From IMG/VR virus record IMGVR_UViG_3300005617_000028, positions 32,001 to 96,000 of that record: a stretch of 64,000 bases of DNA, one strand, 5' to 3'. The DNA comes from a virus. The position numbers and the translations under genes were made by a program. This document shows positions 27,505 through 37,246 of this stretch, piece by piece. The notes under the pieces were generated by a model. That model made no database searches, was not told the origin of the DNA, and saw only the letters and a list, made by a program, of their open reading frames with translations. The first letter of the stretch is position 1. Each line of letters starts with the position of its first letter.

Positions 27505-27732
27505 TGAGCGGCACCCGTTGTGGACACTCCTCCCACGGTGGGCGCCGAGCCGGAGCACCAGCATGACGCTCTGGTAGGCAGGTGGAGTCGGGCGGCGTGA
27601 GCGACCCGTGGAGTCTTGCGCCTCCACGTGGGCTCGCGGGGGAAGCGCGGCCCGTACCACCTGTCCTCGGCTGGAAAGCGGGGACCGGGCCGTTTGATCT
27701 GACGATCAGGGGGGGCGGCCCGGTCCTCCCAC
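27505..27732 (+). ncRNA. Candidate structured RNA / 5' leader of the sigma factor gene
   Basis: Downstream of AAAAC-N12-CGGTAGA; stems GGCACCCGTTGTGG/CCACGGTGGGCGCC, CAGGTGG/CCACCTG, CGTGGAG/CTCCACG, GGACCGGGCCG/CGGCCCGGTCC. Confidence 0.6.
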
Positions 27733-27758
27733 CCCGTCGCGCAGCGGAAGGCTCACCG

Positions 27759-28316
27759 GTGGATCAGAGCGCGCTGCTCGCCCAGTACCGTGGCTGGCTG
27801 CGCACCGTCGCCGCCGGGCTGGTGTCCGACACCCAGCAGCGCGAAGAACTGGCCCAGGAGGGCTGGATCGCGATGTGGCGGGCCACCCAGACCTTCGACC
27901 CGGCCAAGGGCGCCCTACCGGCCTGGCTCACCCAGCACGCCCTGTGGCGCATGCGCGACTGCTCCCGCGACCAGACCTGGACCGGCCGGCCGCCCCGCCT
28001 GATGGGCCGCTCACCGGTGCTCGGTGTGGTTGAAGCACCCTGTTCGGATCATCCGCTGTGGGAGAACCTGGCCACCGCCGACACCGTGGACAGCATCCTC
28101 TGGGCCTACCACCGCGGCGCCATCCTGGACGCCATCGCCCAGCTCAGCCCCAGCCAACGCCGCTACGTCTACCTGCGGTTCTGGCGTGGCCTGCGCGGGC
28201 CGGATCTGGTCGCCGCATTCGGCTACGACCCGCATTCCCTGTGGAATTCCCCCAGAAACGGTGCCCGTAACAAGCTCCGCGCCAGCCTGACCCACCTCGC
28301 CGACGCGGTGACGTAA
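27759..28316 (+). CDS. Sigma-70 family (ECF-like) RNA polymerase sigma factor
   Basis: Region 2 EELAQEGWIAMWRATQTFDPAKGALPAWL; region 4 AIAQLSPSQRRYVYLRFWRGL. Confidence 0.88.
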   Translation: MDQSALLAQYRGWLRTVAAGLVSDTQQREELAQEGWIAMWRATQTFDPAKGALPAWLTQHALWRMRDCSRDQTWTGRPPRLMGRSPVLGVVEAPCSDHPLWENLATADTVDSILWAYHRGAILDAIAQLSPSQRRYVYLRFWRGLRGPDLVAAFGYDPHSLWNSPRNGARNKLRASLTHLADAVT

Positions 28317-28344
28317 CCCCTACCGGATTTGCGGTAGAGACACT

Positions 28345-30867
28345 GTGGCGCACAAGAACTACGGGCTGATCGGCAGCATCGACGAGCTGACCCGGTTCTG
28401 CGACCGCCTCACCCCCGGCGACGGACCGATCTCCTTCGACATCGAAACCGGCTACCTGGGCACCACCGAGCGGGCCAAATTCTCCCTGCATCCGGAAACC
28501 GCCATCGTGGTGGGCATCTCGTTCACCAACTCCACCGACTGGGCCCGCTACATCCCGCTGCGCCACGACGTGGGGGAGAACCTGGACAGCCAGCCGGTGG
28601 CCCGGCTGCTGTGGCCACTGCTGAACAGCGGCCGTGGGGTCGCGCACGGCGCCACGTTCGAGCTACGCCACCTGGCCCGCTGGTTCACCCAGCACCTGGC
28701 CGACGACCCCGAACACGGCCCGGCGGTACGCGCCAACGGCGGCTACTTCCCGCTGCGCTCCGACACCCAGGTGGAGGCGTACCTGGCCGCCGACCACCAG
28801 GAGTTCGGCCTCAAATACCTGACCGAGGCCATCTTCGACCATAAGATGACCGAGCTGGCCGAGCTGTTCCCCGACCTGCCCAAAAACCGGCAGAAGATGC
28901 TGCGGTTCAACACCCTGGAACTGACCCCCCAGGTCATCGACTACGCCTGCGAAGACTCCGCCTGGTGCCTGGCCCTGCACGAGCACTACCACCCGCAGGT
29001 GTGCCGTATGGGCCTGTTCCAGGTGGAGACCGCGGTCCTGCAGGTGGTCTGCGAAATGGAGGAGTTCGGCGTCGTCTACGACTGGGGCTTCATGCGCCGG
29101 GGCGCCGAAGAACTGACCGCGTTCCAGGAACGCTTCAATGCCGAAATCATGACCGAGCTGTCCGAGATGGTCGGCGAGACGGTGGCCATCAACCTGGCCT
29201 CGCCGGCGAAAGTGTCCGCCATCCTCTATGGACAGTTGGGCATGCGCACCTCCGTCTACACCGCCAAGACCCGTGACCTGCCCGCCGACCAGCGCCGGAT
29301 GAGTACCGGCCAGATCGCCCTGGCCACGCTGGCGAAGAAATACCCGGTGGTGAAACGCATCCTCCAGTGGAAGGAAATGACGCGCCTACTCGGGACCTAT
29401 CTGAACTCTTACGAAAAGCAGTACAGTTACGCCGCCGATGGCCGCACCCATCCCCATCACCTGTCCGCGGTGGTGATCACCGGACGATTTGCCGTGGCCG
29501 ATCCGCCGTACCAGCAGAGCCCGAAGATATATCACTTTGATCTGAAAGAGGCCCGCCTCGTTCACGAGGCGCATGCGGAAGCGCACGGCGCCAAATGTCG
29601 CTGCGACGAATACCCGCCGCCGCCCGGGACATGTTTCAAATTCAACTTCCGGGATGCCATCGTCGCGCCGCCCGGGCACTACATCCTTGGCTTCGACCTG
29701 TCCCAGGCGGAGCTGCGCGCCATCGCGGGCGAAGCACAGGAAACCGCCCTGCTCCGCGCGTTCGCCACCGGTCAGGATGTGCACAGCCTCACCGCCGCGC
29801 TGATGCTCAAAATACCCATCGATGAAGTCACCTCCGACTTCCGCGACATGGGAAAGACTTTGAATTTCGCTTTGTTGTACGGCATGGGTGTCAAATCACT
29901 TGCCGACCGGATGGCGATCACTCTGGACGAAGCCCAGTCCCTGTATGACAGCTATTTCCGTGTCTTCTCCAATATCGCCGCGTGGCGGGACAAGCAGATC
30001 CAGCACGGTAAAGCATTCGGCTATGTCACCAGCCGGTTCGGTCGTAAGCTGCCCATCTGGGAATACAAATCAGACAAGCGTTGGATCTACCAGAAAGGCG
30101 ACCGGGCCTGCGTCAACTACCCCATCCAGGGTGCCGCCACCGGGGACATGGTGAAGGCGATGATGGTCCGGGCCCGCATCGCGTTGCGCCGGGCCGGGCT
30201 GCAGGACCGGGTGCACCTGGTGATGAACGTCCACGACGCGCTGGAGTTCTACGTCGACCAAACGGTGCTGCCTCAGCAGGTGATCGGGGTGCTCATGCCC
30301 GCCATCACCATCGACGTACCGGGCTGGCCACCGCTGCATGCCGACTGGCACATCGCCAAACGCTGGGGCAGCCCGGTCAAGATCGAGATCACTGACGACG
30401 GCCGTTACCTGGTGAAAGGCGACTCCGCGGTGCAGGAGCTGTCCCCGGCCGTGGAGGTCGACGACGACACCGGTGAGGAGGATCTGGATCTGGGCGAGAC
30501 GGTCGACGCCGCCGTCATCCGCCAGGCTTTGGCCCTGGTCACCGCCAGCACCGAGGACTCCGCGGCCCGCGACGACGCTGACGGTACGGCCACCGACCAC
30601 AATCCGCGGCGGGTCATCGTCGAACTACCGGAGATGCCGGTACAGGCCGCCTACGGCCAGTTCTGCGCCCTGCTGGCAGAGCGGCCCGGGCCGGATGTGC
30701 TCACCCTGCGCACCCCGGAAGGGGACCTGGACATGGAACTGGAACACGGCACAGACCTGGGGCCCGCCGACGTGGGCGCGGTCGCCATCATCCTCGGCCC
30801 GGTCAGTGTCTTCTACGACGCCGACACCGTCGAGCCGGCTGTGCTGGTGAAAAACCTAGTGCTGTGA
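28345..30867 (+). CDS. polA: Family A DNA polymerase with 3'-5' exonuclease and C-terminal extension
   Basis: ExoI SFDIETG, ExoIII YACEDS, motif A FDLSQAELR, motif B RDMGKTLNFALLYG, NYPIQG, motif C VHDAL. Confidence 0.95.
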   Translation: MAHKNYGLIGSIDELTRFCDRLTPGDGPISFDIETGYLGTTERAKFSLHPETAIVVGISFTNSTDWARYIPLRHDVGENLDSQPVARLLWPLLNSGRGVAHGATFELRHLARWFTQHLADDPEHGPAVRANGGYFPLRSDTQVEAYLAADHQEFGLKYLTEAIFDHKMTELAELFPDLPKNRQKMLRFNTLELTPQVIDYACEDSAWCLALHEHYHPQVCRMGLFQVETAVLQVVCEMEEFGVVYDWGFMRRGAEELTAFQERFNAEIMTELSEMVGETVAINLASPAKVSAILYGQLGMRTSVYTAKTRDLPADQRRMSTGQIALATLAKKYPVVKRILQWKEMTRLLGTYLNSYEKQYSYAADGRTHPHHLSAVVITGRFAVADPPYQQSPKIYHFDLKEARLVHEAHAEAHGAKCRCDEYPPPPGTCFKFNFRDAIVAPPGHYILGFDLSQAELRAIAGEAQETALLRAFATGQDVHSLTAALMLKIPIDEVTSDFRDMGKTLNFALLYGMGVKSLADRMAITLDEAQSLYDSYFRVFSNIAAWRDKQIQHGKAFGYVTSRFGRKLPIWEYKSDKRWIYQKGDRACVNYPIQGAATGDMVKAMMVRARIALRRAGLQDRVHLVMNVHDALEFYVDQTVLPQQVIGVLMPAITIDVPGWPPLHADWHIAKRWGSPVKIEITDDGRYLVKGDSAVQELSPAVEVDDDTGEEDLDLGETVDAAVIRQALALVTASTEDSAARDDADGTATDHNPRRVIVELPEMPVQAAYGQFCALLAERPGPDVLTLRTPEGDLDMELEHGTDLGPADVGAVAIILGPVSVFYDADTVEPAVLVKNLVL

Positions 30868-30906
30868 CAGGCCGCAACCAGCCGCGCCGAGCAGGCAGTA
30901 CATGGT

Positions 30907-31203
30907 GTGAGAGTGCGGCAGGGGTGGAGTGGCGAGGTTCAGCCCAACGTCTGGGCCAAGATCGATGTGGAGCTGGATGACGATGACCTGCGCCGGCTGC
31001 TGCACGCGGCCGGCCTGCCGGGCGTTGCGCCCGCTGACGTACCGACCGAGGTCGCGTTCCAGCTGCTCGACAACGAGGGCGAGCGGTTCGTGCTGGCCAA
31101 GCTGATGACCCGTTACGGCATGGCCGAGGAGCAGGGCCGGCCCCGCATGGTGGAGCTGAACGCCAGCAAGGTGCGCGCGCTCGACCGGCTGCGCTCGCCG
31201 TGA
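30907..31203 (+). CDS. Hypothetical protein
   Basis: 98-aa ORF in the replication operon. Confidence 0.6.
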   Translation: MRVRQGWSGEVQPNVWAKIDVELDDDDLRRLLHAAGLPGVAPADVPTEVAFQLLDNEGERFVLAKLMTRYGMAEEQGRPRMVELNASKVRALDRLRSP

Positions 31204-31691
31204 GCGCCGAGGTGATCGCCACGCTGGAGCGGTTCATGGAGGAGACCGGTCTGCTGCGCACCATGACCGAGCTGCCCCCGGTGGCGGCCACCGTCGGCGA
31301 GGTGCAGGCGTACCTGTTTGACGTACGCCGCCGCCAGGACCGGGTGGAGGAGCTGCTGCGCACCGCGATCCGGATCCGGGCCCGCGCCCACCGGGCCGCG
31401 ACCCGGCTGGACGCCTCCACCAACGACGCCTGGGACAGCGCCGCGGTCCGCGCCCGCTCCGCCGTGGTGCAGCCCGGTGACGGGTTCAGCTCCGCCCGGG
31501 AACGGGCCGCTGAAGCGAATCTGGTCGTGCTCGACCAGCGGGTGGTGGCCCGCCGAGCCGCCGAGCTGGCCCACGTGTGTGACGAGGCGGTGGAGTTTCT
31601 GCGGATTGCGTTCCGGGGTCTGGACGGGCTGCGCTACGACATCACCCAGCTGTTGCGCACGTATCTGCTGGAGACGCACCTGGAGCGGTGA
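31200..31691 (+). CDS. Hypothetical helical protein
   Basis: GTGA-coupled, coiled-coil-like. Confidence 0.6.
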   Translation: MSAEVIATLERFMEETGLLRTMTELPPVAATVGEVQAYLFDVRRRQDRVEELLRTAIRIRARAHRAATRLDASTNDAWDSAAVRARSAVVQPGDGFSSARERAAEANLVVLDQRVVARRAAELAHVCDEAVEFLRIAFRGLDGLRYDITQLLRTYLLETHLER

Positions 31692-31770
31692 GGCCCAGAC
31701 GGGAAAACCGTGTGGTGTGGACGGTAGAGATGGGTGCCGGGGGTACCGGATTTCCGGTAGGGGAGCGACC

Positions 31771-32115
31771 GTGTTGACCGACGACGACAGCTGCGAAGAC
31801 CACCAGGCCGCCGGCCGGCAGCCGCACCGGCTGTGTGTACTGCTGCGCCAGCTCCGGCACGCGGCCAAACTCAGCCTCGCCGACTTCGAAACCCAGTTCG
31901 GCATCAATGTCGGGGCGTACGAACGCGGCGACCGGATGCCACCCCTGGACCGGCTGGAGGCCGTCCTGAGCTGCTACGGCTACGGGCTGCAGGCCGTCGC
32001 TGGCAACACCTCGGCGGTACGCCTGCCCACCGACATCGTGGCCGAGCTGCGGGCCATCGCCGATCAACTGGAGACCGCCCATGATCTGCGCCAGCTGTCA
32101 CACGCAGCCCCATGA
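31771..32115 (+). CDS. XRE-like HTH protein
   Basis: LRQLRHAAKLSLADFE...VGAYERGDRMPPLDRLEAVL; GGGAG RBS. Confidence 0.75.
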   Translation: MLTDDDSCEDHQAAGRQPHRLCVLLRQLRHAAKLSLADFETQFGINVGAYERGDRMPPLDRLEAVLSCYGYGLQAVAGNTSAVRLPTDIVAELRAIADQLETAHDLRQLSHAAP

Positions 32116-32327
32116 CCCGAGCGACTGCGAACACCCGCGCACCTGCCCCTGCCAGCACCGCCCACCCCACCCAGGACAGCAGATGACCTTCCCGATGCTG
32201 GCCAAGAGCCTGGCCACATTCGGCCGGGACCTCCGCGCCCTACTACCACTGCGGTCGAGTACCGCCCGCCCCGACACCGCCGAACCGCCAGACAGCCAGC
32301 AACCGAAACATCCACGGGGGAACCACC

Positions 32328-33491
32328 ATGCCGCAGATTGATTTCACACCGGAAAACAAGCGTGACAACGGGATCGACTTCAACTTCTTCAAACTGAAGG
32401 CGAATGAGACCGCCCGGGTGGTCATGTTGGAACACCCCACCTACGCCTGGGTGCACACCCTGCGTGCGCCGAAGATCGTCAACGGCCAGGCCGTCAAGAT
32501 CCGCAAGGAACGCAAGAACGGTGAGTCCTATGTGGACTTCGATCTGGATTTCATCGGCCGGCCGATGTGTCTGGGGGACCTCGGCATCATCGCCGACAAG
32601 GGCGTCGACCCGGGCAACTGCCCGATCTGCAAGGCGGCCAAGGACGGCGCCGAGGTCAGCGCGCCGGAGCGCCGCTTCGCGGTCAACCTGATCCGTTACG
32701 GGCTCGACCACGGCGGCAAACCCATCATCCCGTTCGCCTGCGCGTGTGTGGTGTGGTGTTTCACCGAGGGCTACTACGACAAGCTGTACAAGATCCAGGA
32801 GGAGCACGGGGAGCTGCGCGGCCGGGACCTGCTGCTCGGCCCGTGCCAGATCCCGGAGAGCTTCCAGCGTTTCGACGTCAACCCCGGCGCCCGCAGCGTC
32901 TGGCAGCTCAACGACCAGATCAAAGAACTGGTGCTGGAGACGTACCGCAACAACCGGGCCGACAACCTGGAACGGGCCTGTGGTCGCACCGCCGAGCGCC
33001 GCTACGTGGAACGGGATCTGGAAACCCTGGACCAGCGGTGGGCGGTGGCCCGCGGTGCCCCGGTACCCGACCCCTCCGCCGCGTTGGCGGGAACCGAATT
33101 CCCCAACCTGACCCAGGGACTCGACGACCTGCTGGGGGCGACGGCAACACCGTTGCAGGCCGTACCGGCACAGTCCGCGCCCGTCCAGCCGGCGGTGACC
33201 ACCGTGACCGCTGCCGCGACACCGGCGGTGGTGGACCTGGGTGGTCTGCTGGACGGGCTCGGCACCACCCCGGCGGCACCGGTAGCGGCACCGGTGGCGG
33301 TATCCCCGCCCCCGGATCTGGCCGCCCTGTTCGCGCCCGGCCCCCAGGCGGTGGAGACGGAACCGCTGTCCTTCGGCGCGCTCGCCCCCGCCACCGCTCC
33401 AGCATCAGCACCAGCGCCTGAGCCGGTACCGGCATCCGCTGCGGCGGAGCCGGCGATCGACTTCGACCAGCTGTTGGCCAATCTGAGGTAG
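32328..33491 (+). CDS. T4 gp32-like single-stranded DNA-binding protein
   Basis: FFKLKANETARV...WVH...CPIC...RRFAVNLI core, Pro/Ala linker, acidic-hydrophobic tail IDFDQLLANLR; replication context. Confidence 0.75.
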   Translation: MPQIDFTPENKRDNGIDFNFFKLKANETARVVMLEHPTYAWVHTLRAPKIVNGQAVKIRKERKNGESYVDFDLDFIGRPMCLGDLGIIADKGVDPGNCPICKAAKDGAEVSAPERRFAVNLIRYGLDHGGKPIIPFACACVVWCFTEGYYDKLYKIQEEHGELRGRDLLLGPCQIPESFQRFDVNPGARSVWQLNDQIKELVLETYRNNRADNLERACGRTAERRYVERDLETLDQRWAVARGAPVPDPSAALAGTEFPNLTQGLDDLLGATATPLQAVPAQSAPVQPAVTTVTAAATPAVVDLGGLLDGLGTTPAAPVAAPVAVSPPPDLAALFAPGPQAVETEPLSFGALAPATAPASAPAPEPVPASAAAEPAIDFDQLLANLR

Positions 33492-33500
33492 AAACACCAA

Positions 33501-33543
33501 CGCCGAGCGCCGGGGAGAACCACCCGCTCCCCGGCGCTCGGTG
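33501..33543. terminator. Hairpin terminator between convergent genes
   Basis: CCGAGCGCCGGGGAG/CTCCCCGGCGCTCGG. Confidence 0.75.
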
Positions 33544-33554
33544 TGCCCGACTGA

Positions 33555-33797
33555 TCAGAGGCCGTCGATACCCGGGTCGAATTCGGGCTCGCCTTCTGCC
33601 CCTCCCGCGTCGTCGGCGGTGGGTTCGGGGCCGGACACGTTGGCCAGCAGGTCCACCGTGCCGTGGAACGTGGTGACGAGGGTCGCGGTGTAGGGACCTG
33701 CCGCGTCGGATGTCAGCGCCGCCCGCAGGTCATCGATCAGGAACTGCTCATCGTCGGCGTTTTCGGCCGTACCGGTGGCATTGAGTGACCAGGTCAT
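33555..33797 (-). CDS. Small acidic hypothetical protein
   Basis: GGAGG RBS; MTWSLNATG. Confidence 0.6.
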   Translation of the reverse strand: MTWSLNATGTAENADDEQFLIDDLRAALTSDAAGPYTATLVTTFHGTVDLLANVSGPEPTADDAGGAEGEPEFDPGIDGL

Positions 33798-33928
33798 TGC
33801 AGGGGACCTCCGAAGCTGGGGAATGTACATCTTGACCGGGTATACCATGAAAAGTGGCTTCAGCCCTCGTTTCCGTGCGGTGGGCGTGCCGAGCTTCACC
33901 TCTAGCCCCAGAGAGCAGCGCGCCGCTC

Positions 33929-34945
33929 ATGGCCACCAAGACCCATTTGGACCTCCCGTTCCGCCAGGCGGCAGGGGACGGCGGCCGTCGCAGCCTCACC
34001 CAGCTGCTGGTCATCCACGCCACCGACAACCCCGGCGCCGACAACCCGAAGACCCAGATCGACGAGGCCGCCGAAAACGAGGCCGGCTACGCCACCCACC
34101 GCCACGACCGGATCTCCGCCCACGCCGTCATCGACGACGACTCGGCCATCCAGACCTTGCTGCTGGACCACGTCGCGTACGGCTGCTACCCCACCGGCAA
34201 TTCCCGCAGCATTCAGCTGGAACTGGCCGGCCGCTCCGGGCATCTGTCCCCGGCCACCATCACCCGCGCCGCCAACCTGTCCGCCATCATCTGCCATCTG
34301 TGGGCCCTGCCGATCCGCAAGGTTGTCCCCGCCGACATGCGCCGGGGTGTCAAAGGCATCTGCGGCCACGTGGATGTCACCACCAGCTGGCATACCGGCC
34401 GCGACCACGGAGCCGACCACACCGACCCGGGCAGCAACTTCCCGTGGACGTCGTTCATCGGCCAGATCCGCCAGATCACCGCCAAGCTGTACGCGCCGCA
34501 CGCGCCGGCCATCGTCCACCCCGCCGCGCCACATCTGGTCGTACCCGCGCCCGCCATCCCGCGCCCGGCGGCCCCCGCCGCGCCGGCCGTGGCGCACCCT
34601 GCCGTACCACACAGCGTTCCGCTGCCAACGGCGCCGACCTACGACACCATCACCACCATCGTCGGTGACCGTCTGGATCTGCTGGCCCGCACCTTCTACG
34701 GTGACCCGGCGAAGGCGGAGCAGATCAAGGCCGACAACCACCTGGTGTCCGACACCCTCACCCCAGGCCAGAAGCTGCGTATCCGCCAGCCCCACAAGCC
34801 GGTGTACCGCGTGGCGCCCGGCGACACCGCCTGGGGCGTGGCCAAGAAGGGTCACCTGCTGTTGTCGGTGCTGACCACGCTGAATCAGCACCGGGTACCC
34901 GACATGAGCAAGCTGCCGGTAGGTATCTGGCTGCGCACCGCCTAA
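33929..34945 (+). CDS. N-acetylmuramoyl-L-alanine amidase with two LysM domains (endolysin-like)
   Basis: LVIHAT, SAHAVID, GNSRSIQLELAG, ICGHVD, HTDPG; Pro/Ala linker; GDRLDLLARTFYG...PGQKLRI and YRVAPGDTAWGVA. Confidence 0.9.
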   Translation: MATKTHLDLPFRQAAGDGGRRSLTQLLVIHATDNPGADNPKTQIDEAAENEAGYATHRHDRISAHAVIDDDSAIQTLLLDHVAYGCYPTGNSRSIQLELAGRSGHLSPATITRAANLSAIICHLWALPIRKVVPADMRRGVKGICGHVDVTTSWHTGRDHGADHTDPGSNFPWTSFIGQIRQITAKLYAPHAPAIVHPAAPHLVVPAPAIPRPAAPAAPAVAHPAVPHSVPLPTAPTYDTITTIVGDRLDLLARTFYGDPAKAEQIKADNHLVSDTLTPGQKLRIRQPHKPVYRVAPGDTAWGVAKKGHLLLSVLTTLNQHRVPDMSKLPVGIWLRTA

Positions 34946-34987
34946 GCCCGAACCGCAAAACAGGGCCCGCTGGCGGTAGAAGACGGC

Positions 34988-35212
34988 GTGATAGACGACG
35001 CGACATTGGACGAGTGGACCCGTTACGCCTATCAGGCGTATGGGGAGAACACCGGCTTCAAGAATTTCCAGGGCAACCCGATGCCCTCCTTCGACGACCT
35101 GACGCAAACCAATCAGGACGCCTGGCGGGCCGCGGTGGTCGGGGTGGTGGGCCTGGCGTTGGCCGCCAACCAGATGCAGCTCACGACCGAGCCCGGCCAG
35201 GACCGTTCGTGA
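34988..35212 (+). CDS. Small conserved phage protein
   Basis: AYQAYG..TGFKNFQGNPMPSFDDL....DAWRAA; leaderless after the CGGTAGA motif. Confidence 0.65.
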   Translation: MIDDATLDEWTRYAYQAYGENTGFKNFQGNPMPSFDDLTQTNQDAWRAAVVGVVGLALAANQMQLTTEPGQDRS

Positions 35213-35501
35213 TCGACGACGCCGAGCAGTATTCGCCGGGCACGCTCACCGAAGCCGAACACCAGGCGATGCAGTTGACCGCGCAGCTGGCCAACGCGCT
35301 GGCGCACATCGTCGGGGATGACCTGACCCGTCTCAACGACCTGCGGGAAGTGCTCGGCCATGTGCACGCCGTTCAACACGCGGTGCTGAGCCAGGCCGCC
35401 GCGCGGGCCTACCCGCACCGTTACCGCCTCCTCGGCGGGGCGCCCATACCCGTCCTGTTCACCGAGAACCGCGAGGACAGCCCCGCCGTGGCGGGCCCTC
35501 G

Positions 35502-36071
35502 GTGACGGTGCTCGCCGTGGACCTGGCCGCCCGGTACTCGGCGGCCTGCCGGCTGGACCTGACCGACGGAACCGTGCTGCAGCAGTGGGATTCGTGGGGC
35601 CGCACCGAAGACGACTTCATCCTGAGCCTGGTCCAGCCGTGGATGGACAGCCCGGGCCAGGCGCCGGCCGCGATGGTGGTGGAGGACCTGCCGCACCGGC
35701 TGCCGTTCGCCGCCCTGGTGAAACGGGTGTGCCGTCTGCAGGGCCGCATCCTGGACCGGATGGGTGATCAGATCGGTGAGGTGGTGTTTCTGCCGCCGGC
35801 GGTGTGGCGCCGGGCGTACGCCGGCCTCAAACGCGGCACCGGTCCCGACGCCGTCGTACCGGCAGCGGCCGAACTGGGCTACCAGGCACCCGGCCTGGCG
35901 CACCGCTGTCTGCGGGCGGGCGACAAGGCGATCGCCCGCAAGGTGGCTACCGACTACTGCGCCGCGTACCTGATCGGCACCTGGGCCGTGGCGACCTGGC
36001 AGAACACCCACACCTTCGACGCCGCCGGCACATCCCGCTACACCGACCCGACCATGAGGAGCGCCACATGA
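35502..36071 (+). CDS. RuvC-like Holliday junction resolvase (RNase H fold)
   Basis: VLAVDLA, MVVEDLP, PPAVWRR, TDYCAAYLI; directly upstream of recA. Confidence 0.7.
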   Translation: MTVLAVDLAARYSAACRLDLTDGTVLQQWDSWGRTEDDFILSLVQPWMDSPGQAPAAMVVEDLPHRLPFAALVKRVCRLQGRILDRMGDQIGEVVFLPPAVWRRAYAGLKRGTGPDAVVPAAAELGYQAPGLAHRCLRAGDKAIARKVATDYCAAYLIGTWAVATWQNTHTFDAAGTSRYTDPTMRSAT

Positions 36072-37246
36072 GCATGGGCGAGGCGCTGAAAGACATCGCC
36101 AAGAAGTTCGACCTACGGGTGGGTCCGCCCTCAGTGATCGTGGAAACGGTGGGCCGGCTGTCCACCGGCAACCTGGCCATCAACCATGTCACCGGCGGTG
36201 GTCTGCCCGTCGGGCGCAGCATCGAGCTGTACGGCGTGGAATCATCCGGCAAGACGACCACCGGCTTGCAGGCCGCCGCCCAGCTGCAACCCAAACTGAT
36301 CGCCGCCGGTAGCACCGAACACATCCTGTACCTGGACTTCGAGCATTCCTTCGACCCCGACTACGCGCAGGCGCTGGGCATCGACCACGAACACCCGACG
36401 TTTCTGCTCGCCCAGCCGCACAGCATGGAGCAGGGCGCTGAAGCCGCGCTGAAACTCATCGAAACCGGCCTGGTCCGACTGTCCATCTGGGACAGTGTGG
36501 CCGCGATGGCGCCTTTGAGCCGGCTGGAAGGTGACTTCGACCAGCGCACCGCCGCGATGAACAAGGCCCGGCTGATGTCCGGACTGATGCTGCAGATGAC
36601 CCCACTGCTGACCAAGTACCGTTCGACCGCTGTCTACATCAACCACCTCATGGAATCCATCGACATGAACGCCGTGCGGTCCAACCTGCCGCCGAAGGTG
36701 ACCACACCGGGCGGTCGGGCATTGAAGTACTACGCCAGTCTGCGGCTGGAGTACCGGCAGTTAGGCAGCACCAAGATCAAGTCTCTGGATTCGCTCACCG
36801 GCGAGATGGCCAACCGCGCCATCGCCTCCGTCATCCGCGTCAAATGCGTGAAAAGCAAGGTGTCCACACCGATGCGGGAAGCCGACGTGTGCGTGCGCTA
36901 CGGCCGCGGATTCGACAACGCCTGGTCGGCGCTGCAGGTCCTCACCGCCCACGGTGTCATCCCGAAAGCCACCGGCGGTTGGTACCGGTTCAATCAACCG
37001 TTGCAACACCCGGACATGGAAACCCCCGGCCGGTCCGGACCGTCCATCCACACCGAGGCGTCGGTGCTCGCCTTCGCCGACGAGCATCCGGAGTGGTCGG
37101 CCATCCTGGTCAGCGAAGCCGAACACCTGCTCGACCAGCTGGGCGACAAGGCGGTGGCCACCACTGACGTGGCCGTGGATCCGCTGGCCGTGGTGGAGGA
37201 GGACGACCCCCTGTCCGGCCTGGCCGCCGACGGGGCCCAGCCGTGA
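36068..37246 (+). CDS. recA: RecA/UvsX-like recombinase
   Basis: STGNL.....GGGLPVGRSIELYGVESSGKTT, YLDFEHSFD, IWDSVAAM, TTPGGRALKYYASLRL. Confidence 0.95.
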   Translation: MSMGEALKDIAKKFDLRVGPPSVIVETVGRLSTGNLAINHVTGGGLPVGRSIELYGVESSGKTTTGLQAAAQLQPKLIAAGSTEHILYLDFEHSFDPDYAQALGIDHEHPTFLLAQPHSMEQGAEAALKLIETGLVRLSIWDSVAAMAPLSRLEGDFDQRTAAMNKARLMSGLMLQMTPLLTKYRSTAVYINHLMESIDMNAVRSNLPPKVTTPGGRALKYYASLRLEYRQLGSTKIKSLDSLTGEMANRAIASVIRVKCVKSKVSTPMREADVCVRYGRGFDNAWSALQVLTAHGVIPKATGGWYRFNQPLQHPDMETPGRSGPSIHTEASVLAFADEHPEWSAILVSEAEHLLDQLGDKAVATTDVAVDPLAVVEEDDPLSGLAADGAQP

